A stretch of DNA of 49,820 nucleotides from a virus (Duplodnaviria > Caudoviricetes): positions 1 through 49,820 of the IMG/VR virus record IMGVR_UViG_3300030037_000007; one strand, given 5' to 3'. The position numbers were made by a program, and so were the translations under genes. A model generated the notes under the pieces. That model saw nothing but the letters and a program-made list of their open reading frames with translations. It searched no databases and was not told where the DNA came from. Below, piece by piece: positions 34,177 to 45,156 of this stretch (position 1 is the stretch's first letter; the number at the start of each line of letters is the position of its first letter).

Positions 34177-37100
34177 ATGGCTAAAATAGCAACGTGGCTC
34201 TTTAATGAGGGCGCGGGGACGGTTGTATCTGATTCAGAGGGCAACGGTAACGGTATAGTTGTAAACTTCAACGGTAACGGTGCGTGGGACGATAACGGTC
34301 AAGGATTTGGCGTTAGCTCAACAAGAACCCCCGGAACAGGAGGGGCCACAACCGCGCAATTATTAAACATATCCGCTAACGGAAATATAGGCTCGTCACT
34401 GGCTGGTGCTACTGGCGCAACTATATATCTGGTTGCAGATGTTACAGCAGGATCTGGGGACAATCCGAACCTTTTTAGAATAGGGCCATCAAATGGCTTC
34501 TCTGACATTTCGGTTGTACTAAGCGCACAAAGAGCCGTTACAGTTAGGTGGGGCAGGGACTCAGACAGCGGCGGAGAATTGGTGTTCCCCAACCTTTCTG
34601 TGCTTGGATCACCGGCACAGAATGAAGCCGTTGCAATAATGGTGAAGGTTGATACCACCCAAGCCTCAGTAAATGCAAGGGCGAGAGTTTGGTATAACGG
34701 AACGGAACAGAACGTAGTTTTTAACGGCGTACCAATACCACAAAACACAGCGCTAAACTCAATAAACAGTGCAGACAGGGGCGTCTACTTCCTTAACGAT
34801 GGTGAGAATGACACAAAAAACCTAAGAGGTATTATTCGGTACGGTCAAATATTTGACGAGCTAGTTTCTGACGCTCAGATTGCCAGCGATTCAGCCGCGC
34901 TATTATTGAACAATGACGCAGACCCCACAGGGTCGGATTCTACACCTCCCGTTTTAAGCTCTCCAACTGGAGTCGCAACTTCTGACGTTGCGGCAAATGG
35001 TACGGTATCGACAAACGAAGGAAACGGCACGCTATTCTACATTGCGAGTACTAATGCAGTTGAGACAGTTGCAACCGTCAAGGCGGCGGCTTCACAGGCG
35101 GTTTCATCTTCAGGCGTACAGAGTGTTTCTGTAACTGGATTAACGGCTACTACAAATTATTTCTTTCATTTTGTTCATACCGATTCATCGTCTAATGATT
35201 CAACCGTTTCAACTTCGGCGCAATTCACAACGCAAGCACCTGGTGATGTTACGGCTCCCGTTCTCACGCTTCCAACTGCTTTGGGTGCTGGTCAAACTGT
35301 AGCTAATGGCACGGTAGTAACAGATGAAGCTAACGGTACTCTGCACTCATTAATATCTACAAATGCTGTAGAGACTAAAGCAAACATAGTTGCAAACGGA
35401 CAAACTCAGGCAGTAACAGCAACAGGCTCTCAATCAATAATTTTCCAAGGATTGACGCCAAGTACCGTTTACTACATGCACTTTGTTCATGTTGATGCCA
35501 GCTCGAATCAATCGAATGTAGCGGTAACCAACTCTATAACGACAGCTACACCAGCCTTCACAATTACATCAATAACACCGGCAACATTAAGGGTTGGCGA
35601 TACAGCAACAATAAATCTTGTAGGCGCTCAGGCATCCGGTAAAACTCTGTTCTCTTCGGCTGGTCAATTGTCGATTGATAGCCAAGACGCGACAACTATC
35701 ACATTTACGGTTCCAGACCCGGTTACTTTTGGAAGCAAATCATTAACTTATGGTTCGCCAAATACTATTACGGTATTTGATTCCAGCGGCAACGATGCGT
35801 CAACATTCACAATAAGCATACCGACAACTAACGCAGCATTCGGCGAGGTAACGACAAAGAATTCGGGCGGATTATACGCCAACGATACCGACCTACAGAT
35901 AGGAGATTTCGTATATTGGGAACTGTTGACTGGAACGGGTGTATTTGACCCAGCAAGCGGACTGTCAGCAGTAAGCGAGGCATCGACAGCAAGATATGCG
36001 GCATATAGGGATAGCTGGTCTGATTTTGAGCCTATCGTTTACACTAACCCAGTAGTGGTATCGGCCCCGACTGTAACGTCTCAGCCTGTTAGTCGAACAT
36101 TGCAAGAGGGGTCAGGTGTAAGCGTTGCTTTCATGGTTGCATTTAGCGGGCTGCCAACACCTGCAATTCAATGGCAGAAGGACGACAAAGGAAACGGCGT
36201 ATTTGCAAATATATCTGGGCAGACAAGCGGAACAATAAATATTCAGGGTTCCAATGTTAACGTCTTAGATAACAACGGCGATCGTTACAGAGCAGTAGCA
36301 ACCAACACGGAAGGAACAGCAACCAGCGTACAGGTAATATTAACGGTTACAGCTCCAGCTATTGAGGCTCCTGCATTTACTGGTTTGATTGGAACGCAAA
36401 GCAACACCATTGGCGATAACGTATATCTTGATTTTTCCGCAAGCTGGGATGGATCACCTACCGCTTACGCGATAACTTCTAGCGTTCTTCCCAGCAACCT
36501 ATCAATATCAAATGCTGGCGTAGTTTCCGGCCCGCTAGATACCGTTCAGGCGTTGCAGGGCATTGTTATAACGGCGTCAAACTCAGCAGGTAGCTCATCA
36601 TCAAATGCGTTTTCTTGGGAAGTTAACGGGTCAATAACAAACCCAACATTTATCGGCAGCATAGCAAACAGGACAAACGTTATCGGGGATGCGGTGTCTT
36701 TTGATCTGTCACCTAATTGGGTAAACAATCCTAGCGCCTATGCAGTTACATCTTCTAGCCTACCGACCGGACTATCGGTGTCTAATGCAGGTCTTGTATT
36801 TGGAAATGTTACAGCAGCAGGACTATCTACGGGCATCGTAATAACTGCCACAAACTCGGCAGGTAGTGATTCGTCCAACGCGTTCTCTTGGAATGTAACG
36901 GCGGCAGCAATAGACCCAAACGCAACGGTTGTCGGTGTTGTAGATGTAAGTGGAAATCAGGTAAACAGAGTTTATACGGACTGGTATTTAACAGACTCTA
37001 ATATCAATGCATCAAACAAGGCTGGGCAGAATATAAACGTTGTTTCTAGTGGGAATAATCTTAGTGTTATAAATGGAACTGCTACGGTAGCAGCACCAGG

Positions 37101-37212
37101 TGCAACGCCGGGACAGACCTACACGCTTGTTGCATGGATATCTGGGACAGCTCAAAACGCTTCTACCCATTACTTCAGAGACGTTAACGTAACTATAACG
37201 GCGGGCTCATAG
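34177..37212 (+). CDS. Multi-domain adhesin-like protein: LamG-like, 2 FN3-like, TIG-like, Ig and 2 putative-Ig domains
   Basis: W.FNEG.G..V.DS N-terminus. Duplicated D.T.PVL..PT...GT.V.T.E.NGTL...GLT..T.Y..HFVH.D.S.N. PTVTSQP...P.IQWQ...DRYR.VATN. Duplicated LP..LS.SNAG...ITA.NSAGS.SSNAFSW.V. Confidence 0.8.
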   Translation: MAKIATWLFNEGAGTVVSDSEGNGNGIVVNFNGNGAWDDNGQGFGVSSTRTPGTGGATTAQLLNISANGNIGSSLAGATGATIYLVADVTAGSGDNPNLFRIGPSNGFSDISVVLSAQRAVTVRWGRDSDSGGELVFPNLSVLGSPAQNEAVAIMVKVDTTQASVNARARVWYNGTEQNVVFNGVPIPQNTALNSINSADRGVYFLNDGENDTKNLRGIIRYGQIFDELVSDAQIASDSAALLLNNDADPTGSDSTPPVLSSPTGVATSDVAANGTVSTNEGNGTLFYIASTNAVETVATVKAAASQAVSSSGVQSVSVTGLTATTNYFFHFVHTDSSSNDSTVSTSAQFTTQAPGDVTAPVLTLPTALGAGQTVANGTVVTDEANGTLHSLISTNAVETKANIVANGQTQAVTATGSQSIIFQGLTPSTVYYMHFVHVDASSNQSNVAVTNSITTATPAFTITSITPATLRVGDTATINLVGAQASGKTLFSSAGQLSIDSQDATTITFTVPDPVTFGSKSLTYGSPNTITVFDSSGNDASTFTISIPTTNAAFGEVTTKNSGGLYANDTDLQIGDFVYWELLTGTGVFDPASGLSAVSEASTARYAAYRDSWSDFEPIVYTNPVVVSAPTVTSQPVSRTLQEGSGVSVAFMVAFSGLPTPAIQWQKDDKGNGVFANISGQTSGTINIQGSNVNVLDNNGDRYRAVATNTEGTATSVQVILTVTAPAIEAPAFTGLIGTQSNTIGDNVYLDFSASWDGSPTAYAITSSVLPSNLSISNAGVVSGPLDTVQALQGIVITASNSAGSSSSNAFSWEVNGSITNPTFIGSIANRTNVIGDAVSFDLSPNWVNNPSAYAVTSSSLPTGLSVSNAGLVFGNVTAAGLSTGIVITATNSAGSDSSNAFSWNVTAAAIDPNATVVGVVDVSGNQVNRVYTDWYLTDSNINASNKAGQNINVVSSGNNLSVINGTATVAAPGATPGQTYTLVAWISGTAQNASTHYFRDVNVTITAGS

Positions 37213-37213
37213 A

Positions 37214-37660
37214 ATGCCATTAGAGAGAAGTTTTGCCACACCACAGGAGGCTGCTTTTGAAGCGGCCATTCCTGTTGAAACAGGACAGTCAATATTTTTT
37301 GTTGCTGGACAGATTCACAACTCATTGGTACTAAAGGCACGTGAGCCCGGCTTTGCTTTTGTTTACTCTTCTAAATTTTTTCTTAGCAACGCGACCCTAC
37401 TTGCGCTAAAATTAACAGATCCTTTCGGTGTTGATAGTTTTGTTGATTCAGCAAGAATAACAGCGCCCATACTGGAACTAATTACCGGCGATACCGCAAC
37501 CCCAACAATAAGCGGAGGAACCTATATGCAATTTTCCACCAATAAGACAGATTTTCCGTTTGCTGGTGTGTGGCGCGTACAGGGGCTTTATGTTGAGGGC
37601 AGTATTGAAAGGCCGGGTGATTCTGTTTATTTTGTGGTGGGAGATAGCTTTTATGGCTAA
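37214..37660 (+). CDS. BppU-like beta-sandwich adaptor protein
   Basis: L.LTDP.G and DF..AG.WRVQG.Y....PGD...F.V motifs. Confidence 0.55.
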   Translation: MPLERSFATPQEAAFEAAIPVETGQSIFFVAGQIHNSLVLKAREPGFAFVYSSKFFLSNATLLALKLTDPFGVDSFVDSARITAPILELITGDTATPTISGGTYMQFSTNKTDFPFAGVWRVQGLYVEGSIERPGDSVYFVVGDSFYG

Positions 37661-37689
37661 TAGAAAAACGGGCTGTATACGGGTGGTGT

Positions 37690-38154
37690 ATGGCGAGAAG
37701 TAGCACTAGTTTTGGCGAAGATAACCAGCCGGAAAAACGCAGAGGGAAGGGTCGGAAAAACATCCTTCTCGATGCGATAAAAAAGAAAATGGAATCCGAA
37801 GGCGTGGAAGTCAGGGACAGAGATCACGCCGAGGAACTCTTTGCGGATAAGCTTGTCGAGCAGGCTTTTGCGCAAGTTGCCATTGGTGAAAACACATTAT
37901 TTAATGAAGTTACAAACCGTGTTTATCCCAAATTCAAACCGACAAGTGAACCTGTTAATTTTGAATTTCCAGAAAACGGCACTCATACAGAAAAATTCAA
38001 TGCAATTATGGTTGCAGTGTCACTAGGTGAACTTGCACCGGACACAGGCGGCGAACTTGTTAAGATGCTCAACACAGGCGTCAACATTGAAGACGTTACC
38101 GAACTAAAAGCCAAGATTGAAGAAATCGAAAAGGCTATGAAAGCGGATGCTTAG
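37690..38154 (+). CDS. terS: Terminase small subunit
   Basis: TSF...NQP..RRGKGRKN N-terminus, P.FKP and I..AV..GELAPD.G motifs. Directly before TerL. Confidence 0.8.
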   Translation: MARSSTSFGEDNQPEKRRGKGRKNILLDAIKKKMESEGVEVRDRDHAEELFADKLVEQAFAQVAIGENTLFNEVTNRVYPKFKPTSEPVNFEFPENGTHTEKFNAIMVAVSLGELAPDTGGELVKMLNTGVNIEDVTELKAKIEEIEKAMKADA

Positions 38155-39607
38155 CCGTGCTAGTCGTGGCGTTTTAAAAAAGGCAGAGGTTCACTATTTA
38201 ACGAAAGAAGTTAAAGGTGATCCGGCTGTCTTTGGCATTTGTGACAGTGACGGTAAAGTAATACGCAAAAGGATTATAGGGGGCGACTTGGTGAAAGCCG
38301 ATGTTGAACCCACTTTGTTTATTCCTGAAAAGCTCGAAAAATTACTATCACCCAAAGACGTTAAAGTTATATACGGTGGTCGTGGGTCAGGTAAGACGCG
38401 CACGGTGTCCTCAATCATTACAGAGGGCATACGCTATCATGGCAACCGTGTCCTTTGTATGCGTGAGATACAGAGTTCTATATCTGAATCATCACACCAG
38501 GAACTAAGCGACGAAATAGAACGGCGCGGCCTTGCGCCCGGTCAAATGGTTGTAACAGACAACCGTATCAAATCAAAAGTTTCTAAGGGCTTGGCATGGT
38601 TCGCCGGTCTGCTTCGAAACCTAGCAAGCATCAAGGGTAAGGCAGGTCTAAACACGGGCTGGTGCGACGAAGCCGAGAACGTTAGCCTTATGTCATGGGA
38701 CGTTCTTATACCCACTCTACGGGCGGAAGGTTCGGAGCTATTCATAACATTTAACCCGCGTTTCGATACAGACCCAACATGGACAGAATTTGTTGCCCCG
38801 TATGTGTCCAAGATGGTTAACGGCATTTATGAAGATGACACTATTTTGGTTATCGATTGTAATTGGCGGGACAATCCCTGGTTTACTTCAAAGCTAGACC
38901 GTCAACGCCTAACCATGAAAGAGCGGGACATTGACCGTTACAACTGGATATGGGAAGGACTGTTTAACAAGAAATCAGACATTCAGGTACTGGGCGGAAA
39001 GTGGGTAGTCGATGACTTCGAGCCTAAAGATGAATGGGCGGGCCCTTATTTTGGTGCCGACTTTGGATTCTCTCAAGATCCCGCAACACTGCTCAAGTCA
39101 TGGATACACGATAACGTACTGTATATAGAGCATGAGGCATATCAGCAAGGCGTTGAGCTGGATGATTACCCTAAGTTCTACGCAGGCAAAGAAGGGGCAA
39201 CACCCGAAGAGCTCGAAAACTGGACGCACTTAGATGATAAGAAGTGGCCAGGAGTGCCAGGGGCAAAAGACCACCTGATTTGGGCCGATGAATCAGCACC
39301 CGCAATTATCAGCAAGATAGCTAGCCATGGATTCAAAATCAGAGGGGCCGCTAAGAATTTCAAGGATACAGGGGCAAAGGGTTCTATTGAGACAGGCATC
39401 ATCTACCTACGTTCATTTGAGAGAATAGTGGTGCATACTCGTTGCAGGCATACAGCGTCCGAGTGTTCGCTATACTGGTACAAACAGGACAAACTTACAG
39501 AAGAAATACTTCCTGATATAATCGACGCACACAACCATGCAATAGACGCGTTGCGTTACTCATTGGTTAAGCTTATCAACCGCAAGAAAAAGGGGTTTTT
39601 TGGATAA
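38147..39607 (+). CDS. terL: Terminase large subunit (PBSX family)
   Basis: YGGRGSGKT Walker A, WCDEAE Walker B, TFNP, GADFGFSQDP and NHAIDALRY motifs. Confidence 0.95.
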   Translation: MLSRASRGVLKKAEVHYLTKEVKGDPAVFGICDSDGKVIRKRIIGGDLVKADVEPTLFIPEKLEKLLSPKDVKVIYGGRGSGKTRTVSSIITEGIRYHGNRVLCMREIQSSISESSHQELSDEIERRGLAPGQMVVTDNRIKSKVSKGLAWFAGLLRNLASIKGKAGLNTGWCDEAENVSLMSWDVLIPTLRAEGSELFITFNPRFDTDPTWTEFVAPYVSKMVNGIYEDDTILVIDCNWRDNPWFTSKLDRQRLTMKERDIDRYNWIWEGLFNKKSDIQVLGGKWVVDDFEPKDEWAGPYFGADFGFSQDPATLLKSWIHDNVLYIEHEAYQQGVELDDYPKFYAGKEGATPEELENWTHLDDKKWPGVPGAKDHLIWADESAPAIISKIASHGFKIRGAAKNFKDTGAKGSIETGIIYLRSFERIVVHTRCRHTASECSLYWYKQDKLTEEILPDIIDAHNHAIDALRYSLVKLINRKKKGFFG

Positions 39608-41255
39608 CATGAATATTTTAAGCATAGCAAGGGCTTTGCCGATAACGGGCAATCTCATAAAGCGCGTTGAGGCTTCTGAAATATACAAGCTATCAAGCCA
39701 GTCATATGAGATTTATAAGGCCATTGGCGTTAACAAGAAGCCCGTTGCTCAAGCCGTCGAGAAGGAGCAGAAAAAAGAGGAATCGGCGGCATATTTCAGC
39801 ACCCACTACCTTGCACAGAAGCGAGAGAGAGCGGCGATAATTGAGAATGCTATCACCGTTATGCCAAAGGTTAACCACAGCCTAAGCCCTAATTTTGCAA
39901 CTGATAGCGCGGCACAAGGACAGTTTGAAGGCTCAAAGAATGCCTATCGTATAAGCTCCTATGGTGCGTCAGATGAATTGCTTTGCTGGTATATCTCACA
40001 GTCATTCATTGGCTATCAGGCTTGTGCGCTTATCTCGCAACAGTGGCTAGTTAAAAAGGCGTGTGTGAAACCAGCACAAAAGGCCATTAAGAAGGGCTGG
40101 AAACTTACTGTTAACGATGGCGAGGAAGTAGACGAAAAAGTTATAAAGAAAATACAGAAATTCGATAAGCGCATGAAGATCAAGAAAAAGCTTGTTGAGT
40201 TTAATTCTAAAAAAATGGTGTTTGGTATTCGTATTGCCATACCTGTTATTGATGGATGGGGGCCAGAACAGTACAAGCAACCGTTTAACATTGACGGCAT
40301 AAAGAAGGGATCATACAAGGGGATGACGCAGGTTGACCCTCATTGGATGGTGCCAGAATTAGACGCTGATGCCGTTAACAATCCAGCCTCAATGGGATTC
40401 TATGAGCCCACCTATTGGCGCATTAATGACGTGCTATATCACAAGAGCCATTTGATTATTGTTCGCAATGGTGACGTGCCAGATATATTAAAGCCCACCT
40501 ATCAATACGGCGGGTTACCATTACCACAGCTAATCTACGAGCGTATCTATGCGGCAGAACGTACAGCCAATGAAGCGCCTTTGCTGGCTATGGATAAGCG
40601 CCTAACAGTATTGCATCTTGACCTTGAATCAATGGCCTTGGAGCCTCAAAAGTTTGAGGAACAGATGGCAGCATGGGCAGGATACCGCGACAACTTTGCA
40701 ATAAAAGTAGTTGGTGTTGATGAAACTATTGAACAGTTTGACACTTCACTGGCAGACCTTGATAACGTAATCATGACGCAATACCAGATCGTTGCAGCAA
40801 TAGCAGAAATGCCAGCAACGGAGCTACTGGAAACAAGCCCGAAAGGATTTAATGCAACGGGTGAGTTTGAAGAAAATAGCTGGTACGACCGATTAGAGGC
40901 AATCCAAGAGGATGACTACGACCCGTTTTTAGAGCGTCATTACGAGCTATTGATCAAGTCTGAATTCAATGGTGCGTTTGAAGTGGATGTAACATGGGAA
41001 CCAATGAAGTCGCCAACGCCTAAAGAGATTGCGGAAATTAACGACCTTAATTCTCGTACAGATCAGGCACACATTAATGCGGGCGCAATTGACGGCACCG
41101 AAGTTAGAGACAGAATTATTGCTAGCGAACACAGCGGTTACAATGGCATAGCTCCATACACTGATGCAGAAGTAGCAGAGATGGAGAAAGAGAAAGAGGA
41201 CGCCATGAACGCGGAAAATGGGGGTAACAATGGCGATCAAGAAAAGGAAAAGTAG
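39600..41255 (+). CDS. Portal protein (DUF1073-like)
   Basis: FIGYQACA...Q.WLV.KAC, FYEPTYW.I...YH.SHL and SPKGFNATGE motifs. Start may be 39609. Confidence 0.9.
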   Translation: MDNMNILSIARALPITGNLIKRVEASEIYKLSSQSYEIYKAIGVNKKPVAQAVEKEQKKEESAAYFSTHYLAQKRERAAIIENAITVMPKVNHSLSPNFATDSAAQGQFEGSKNAYRISSYGASDELLCWYISQSFIGYQACALISQQWLVKKACVKPAQKAIKKGWKLTVNDGEEVDEKVIKKIQKFDKRMKIKKKLVEFNSKKMVFGIRIAIPVIDGWGPEQYKQPFNIDGIKKGSYKGMTQVDPHWMVPELDADAVNNPASMGFYEPTYWRINDVLYHKSHLIIVRNGDVPDILKPTYQYGGLPLPQLIYERIYAAERTANEAPLLAMDKRLTVLHLDLESMALEPQKFEEQMAAWAGYRDNFAIKVVGVDETIEQFDTSLADLDNVIMTQYQIVAAIAEMPATELLETSPKGFNATGEFEENSWYDRLEAIQEDDYDPFLERHYELLIKSEFNGAFEVDVTWEPMKSPTPKEIAEINDLNSRTDQAHINAGAIDGTEVRDRIIASEHSGYNGIAPYTDAEVAEMEKEKEDAMNAENGGNNGDQEKEK

Positions 41256-42114
41256 AGCAGCCCCGTTATCAGCTAAACGAAAGACGTGGGTGGAACGTAG
41301 GGCGGCCAATAACAAAGTCGTCCTACGAGGCGAGCGCCTAGCCTACAGCATACCCATTCAAGCCAAGTATGAGAAAGAGCTGGTTATCATGATCAACTCT
41401 ATGGCGTCAGTTACGAAACGGGAATTAACGCAGGTCTTCAAATCTAAACAGGCTAAGGAGTTTTATGCAGAGGACGCTAGTTTATCGTCTTTGGCTGGCA
41501 GGGTTGTTGATTCTCTGCGTAAGCGATTCGATTTGTATTTTGAAGAGAATTCAAAGGAAGTAACGGCCCGCATGATAAAGCGCATTGATGATCATTCAGC
41601 TAGCGCGCTGAAATCAAGTATTGAGAAACTATCTGGCGGCCTATCCGTCAAGACTGATTTCATTAGCGGGGAAGTGGGCGACATATTACAAGCGTCGGTT
41701 AAGCGTAACGTAAGCCTTATCAAGTCGATTGAATCCCAATATCTAGATCAGGTTGAGGATTTAGTTATGAGATCCATTGCACCAGGGGGGAACGGTTTGC
41801 AGGATCTTGCTATACTTGATGAAATTAAAGACAAAACCATTAGCCGAGGCGTTAACATTGCCAAGGATCAGACACGAAAAGCCTACAACAATTTGAATGC
41901 GGCTCGAATGAAAAAGGCCGGATTGGATGAGTTTATATGGCGTCATAGTGGGGGCGGGAGAGATCCCCGTGATCTTCACCAAAACGTACTGAATGGACAA
42001 ACCTTTAGCCTTGATGACTTACCCGTGATTGACTTAAAAACAGGTGAGAGAGGAATACCAGGGCAGGCTATTAACTGTCGATGCACTATGGAACCAATAG
42101 CAACATTTGGATAA
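41230..42114 (+). CDS. Head morphogenesis protein (SPP1 gp7 / Mu gpF-like)
   Basis: IA.DQT.K, W.HS.G..DPR..H and PGQAINCRC motifs. Confidence 0.9.
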   Translation: MAIKKRKSRAAPLSAKRKTWVERRAANNKVVLRGERLAYSIPIQAKYEKELVIMINSMASVTKRELTQVFKSKQAKEFYAEDASLSSLAGRVVDSLRKRFDLYFEENSKEVTARMIKRIDDHSASALKSSIEKLSGGLSVKTDFISGEVGDILQASVKRNVSLIKSIESQYLDQVEDLVMRSIAPGGNGLQDLAILDEIKDKTISRGVNIAKDQTRKAYNNLNAARMKKAGLDEFIWRHSGGGRDPRDLHQNVLNGQTFSLDDLPVIDLKTGERGIPGQAINCRCTMEPIATFG

Positions 42115-42118
42115 TGAT

Positions 42119-43393
42119 ATGACTAAGCGCACATACGACGTAAACGGTTGGCCAGAAATAAAGAACAACCCAATTTCAAAGGTTGGCGTTTTCCCTTATT
42201 TGGGCTCCAGTATTGGCGCGCCAGATCCTAACAAAATTTATATGGTCTATCGTTCCAAGGAAGCGTTAAGCAGCCCAGAAGCTATTGATTCATTTAAGCT
42301 TGTGCCGTGGGTTGATGATCACACCATGCTAGGCGACAAGGGCGACGGGTTCACACCAGCAGAGGAGAAGGGTATTCAAGGCGTTACTGGCGAGGACGTT
42401 TATTTTAAAGGTGACACCCTTTATGCCAATTTAAAGCTGTTCTCTGAATCGCAAGCCGACCTAGTAGAGACGGGAAAGAAGGAATTAAGCCTAGGATATC
42501 GCTGTGATTACGTGGAAAAAACCGGAGTATTCAAGGGCGAGCAGTACGACTACGAGCAAATTAACCCACGAGGCAACCACATTGCTTCTGTAAACGAGGG
42601 TAGAATGGGCTCTCAAGTTGCGGTTTTAGATTCAAGTGATATTATTAGCAACGACACACACTGTTTTTTCACAATAGACTCTCAGGATATAGTCATGACA
42701 AAGCAAGAAAAGGCCGCACTAGCAGCCAAGCAAAAATCTAGCGTTTTACAAGCTGGGCAAACGGCGGCAGATGCGGCTATTTCTGGCATGGAATCAGGTG
42801 GCGCTAATGTGTCAGATGAAACCAAGCAGCTAATTGCAGTTTTACCGGCTATCATTGGCGCATCCATGCAAGCTATGGACGAAATGAAAGACAAGGAGAA
42901 AATGTCCGAAGACGAAGAAGAAGAAAAGAAAAAAGAAGGCATGGACGAAGAAGCCAAGAAGAAGGCTGACGACGAAGACAAGGACAAGGACAAAGAAAAA
43001 GGTAAGGGCATGGACTCTGCTTTAATTAACAGCCTACAAACCCGCCTTGACGATAGCGAGAAAGCAACAAAGCTTGCCATGGACTCTCTTGAAGAGTTGA
43101 AATCTAACGGCGTTAAAAACCTTCTAGGTGAAGTTTCCAAACGTGACGCAATGTGTAATCAGGCAGCACACCATATTGGCGCTTTCGACCATTCAGAAAT
43201 GACACTGAATGACGCGGCCGTTTATATTTCTAAAAACATGGCATTGGATGCGGCAGAGGGCGAAGAACTTATCGCAGTAAACGCGGCCTTAAAAGTCATT
43301 GGTAAAACACCCGCACAAACATTTGTTGCACAGGACGAAAGCGTTAAGCCTGGTAACAGTTCAATCGATTCATTCATCAATGGGGATGCTTAA
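42119..43393 (+). CDS. Prohead protease/scaffold (DUF2213-like)
   Basis: [21 protein letters not shown] and NHIA.V.EGR.G motifs. Acidic/charged scaffold region. Confidence 0.9.
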   Translation: MTKRTYDVNGWPEIKNNPISKVGVFPYLGSSIGAPDPNKIYMVYRSKEALSSPEAIDSFKLVPWVDDHTMLGDKGDGFTPAEEKGIQGVTGEDVYFKGDTLYANLKLFSESQADLVETGKKELSLGYRCDYVEKTGVFKGEQYDYEQINPRGNHIASVNEGRMGSQVAVLDSSDIISNDTHCFFTIDSQDIVMTKQEKAALAAKQKSSVLQAGQTAADAAISGMESGGANVSDETKQLIAVLPAIIGASMQAMDEMKDKEKMSEDEEEEKKKEGMDEEAKKKADDEDKDKDKEKGKGMDSALINSLQTRLDDSEKATKLAMDSLEELKSNGVKNLLGEVSKRDAMCNQAAHHIGAFDHSEMTLNDAAVYISKNMALDAAEGEELIAVNAALKVIGKTPAQTFVAQDESVKPGNSSIDSFINGDA

Positions 43394-43395
43394 TC

Positions 43396-43908
43396 ATGAC
43401 ATTTCAGTCAACAGTACAAGAAAATCAATCAACCGGTCTCCCTGGTGAATATGCGAAAACAGGCCCACAGCGGGAAGTTTCGGGTGTTATCAAATCAACC
43501 AATGCAGCGGCCAACGTATTCAGTCGCGCATTCTCACACGTTGCGCTATCAGATACAGATGTTGTTGCTGGTGGTACGGGCGCGCTTGCCGGGCTGCTTA
43601 TGCATCCTAAAGAACACGCCTCATTAGGTACGTCAACTGGCACTCTTGAAGCTACGTTAACCATTCCTAGTGAAGTAGATGCAAGCTTTGGCCAGATGGG
43701 TATCGTGTTCGTTACGTTCGCAACAACCGCCAACATTGGCATGGACGTACACTACGATACAACCACAGGCGCTACAGCCGGACAGCTTCACGCAGTTGCA
43801 GCAGGTACCACACCAGCAACCGACCGAGCAGCAATCACGGGCGCAAAAGTAGTACAACGTAACATCACAACCACTGGCCAAATCGGCGTAGTTCAGCTAA
43901 CAGCTTAA
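43396..43908 (+). CDS. Capsid decoration/cement protein
   Basis: Between scaffold and major capsid gene. FQ.TV......G.PGE....P.R and G.L..PK motifs. Confidence 0.75.
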   Translation: MTFQSTVQENQSTGLPGEYAKTGPQREVSGVIKSTNAAANVFSRAFSHVALSDTDVVAGGTGALAGLLMHPKEHASLGTSTGTLEATLTIPSEVDASFGQMGIVFVTFATTANIGMDVHYDTTTGATAGQLHAVAAGTTPATDRAAITGAKVVQRNITTTGQIGVVQLTA

Positions 43909-43920
43909 AGGTAGAATAAT

Positions 43921-45075
43921 ATGAGAATGGGTAACGAATTATCACACCTTCCAGCGGGCCGAGCTGCAATGTCAATTGCAATGGATCAGCGGGAAGCATT
44001 TTGTAGAACAGCAGTAGTAGAGCTTCGAAAAATCGGTATTTGTTTTGATGAATCCGATATATCGAACATGGTTATGTACAACGGCAAGACCGGAGAGGGC
44101 TCTATTCCAGCCACAGGTATGGATGCCAATTTTACGTCGCCACTAACAACCGGGTCTGTTAATACTCCGATTCAGTTTTTGCAGGCGTGGCTTCCTGGTT
44201 TTGTTGAAATCATCACTCAAGCACGAAAGATTGATAACCTCGTGGGTGTTACTACACAGGGCTCATTTGAAGACGAAGAAATCATACAGGGCGTAATGGA
44301 GCATAAAGGCGAAGCTACGCCATACGGCGATTTTACCAATGTGCCACTGGCAAGCTGGAACGTGAACTGGATTCGTCGTTCTATCGTTCGTTTCGAAGAA
44401 GGTATGCAAGTTGGTCGATTGGAAGAAAAGCGCGCGGCACGTATGCGCGTTAACAGTGCAGATAGCAAGCGCGTTGCAGCAGCGACAGCTCTTGAGATCA
44501 ACCGTAACCGTATCGGCTTCAATGGCTACAATGGCGGCGCAAACCGCACGTATGGCTTCCTGAATGATCCTTCATTGCCTGCTTACGTCAGCGTACCTAA
44601 TGGCGCGGCTGGAACGTCTACATGGGCGACTAAAACATTTTTGGAAATCGTTTCAGATCTTCTTACAGCATTGGTTGCCTTGCGTGTTGGTTCTCGCGAT
44701 ATGATCGATGTTAAGAAAACTCCTTTAATGTTGGCACTACCAACGGCAGCGGTTGACCGTTTAAGCACTGTATCGGATGCGGATCACAAGTCTGTATACC
44801 AGTGGTTAATGGAAAACTATTCCAACGTAACAATTGAATCAATTCCTGAATTAGACAGCGCAAACGGTGGCGACAATGCTTTCTACCTATACGCTATGTC
44901 TGTAACAGATTCGGGCTCTGATGATTCGCGCACTTTTATTCAGGTTGTACCCTCGCGCTTTCAGAGCATGGGTGTTGATCAGAAGACAAAGAGCTATGAA
45001 GAAAGTTATGCGAACGCAACAGCGGGCATTATGTTGAAACGTCCGTATGCAGTGGTACGCTATTCGGGGATTTAA
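43921..45075 (+). CDS. Major capsid protein (DUF2184-like)
   Basis: P.QFLQ.WLPG.V, G.A..YGD, N.IGF.G...YG.LNDP and NATAG...KRPYAV.R..GI motifs. Confidence 0.9.
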   Translation: MRMGNELSHLPAGRAAMSIAMDQREAFCRTAVVELRKIGICFDESDISNMVMYNGKTGEGSIPATGMDANFTSPLTTGSVNTPIQFLQAWLPGFVEIITQARKIDNLVGVTTQGSFEDEEIIQGVMEHKGEATPYGDFTNVPLASWNVNWIRRSIVRFEEGMQVGRLEEKRAARMRVNSADSKRVAAATALEINRNRIGFNGYNGGANRTYGFLNDPSLPAYVSVPNGAAGTSTWATKTFLEIVSDLLTALVALRVGSRDMIDVKKTPLMLALPTAAVDRLSTVSDADHKSVYQWLMENYSNVTIESIPELDSANGGDNAFYLYAMSVTDSGSDDSRTFIQVVPSRFQSMGVDQKTKSYEESYANATAGIMLKRPYAVVRYSGI

Positions 45076-45100
45076 TTTCCCGTTTTGTGCTACAATATTT

Positions 45101-45128
45101 AAAAGGGCGGCTTTGGTCGCCCTTTTTT
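45101..45128 (+). terminator. Intrinsic terminator after the capsid gene
   Basis: AAAAGGGCGGC-TTTG-GTCGCCC-TTTTTT. Confidence 0.85.
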
Positions 45129-45156
45129 ATAACCCTTAACCAGAGAGTTTTTAAAG

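Noticed and set aside
45087-45096. GTGCTACAAT extended -10-like element, similar to GTGCTATCAT at 32826
   Set aside because: It lies immediately before a strong terminator and has no good -35. Two instances are too few to define a late promoter motif.
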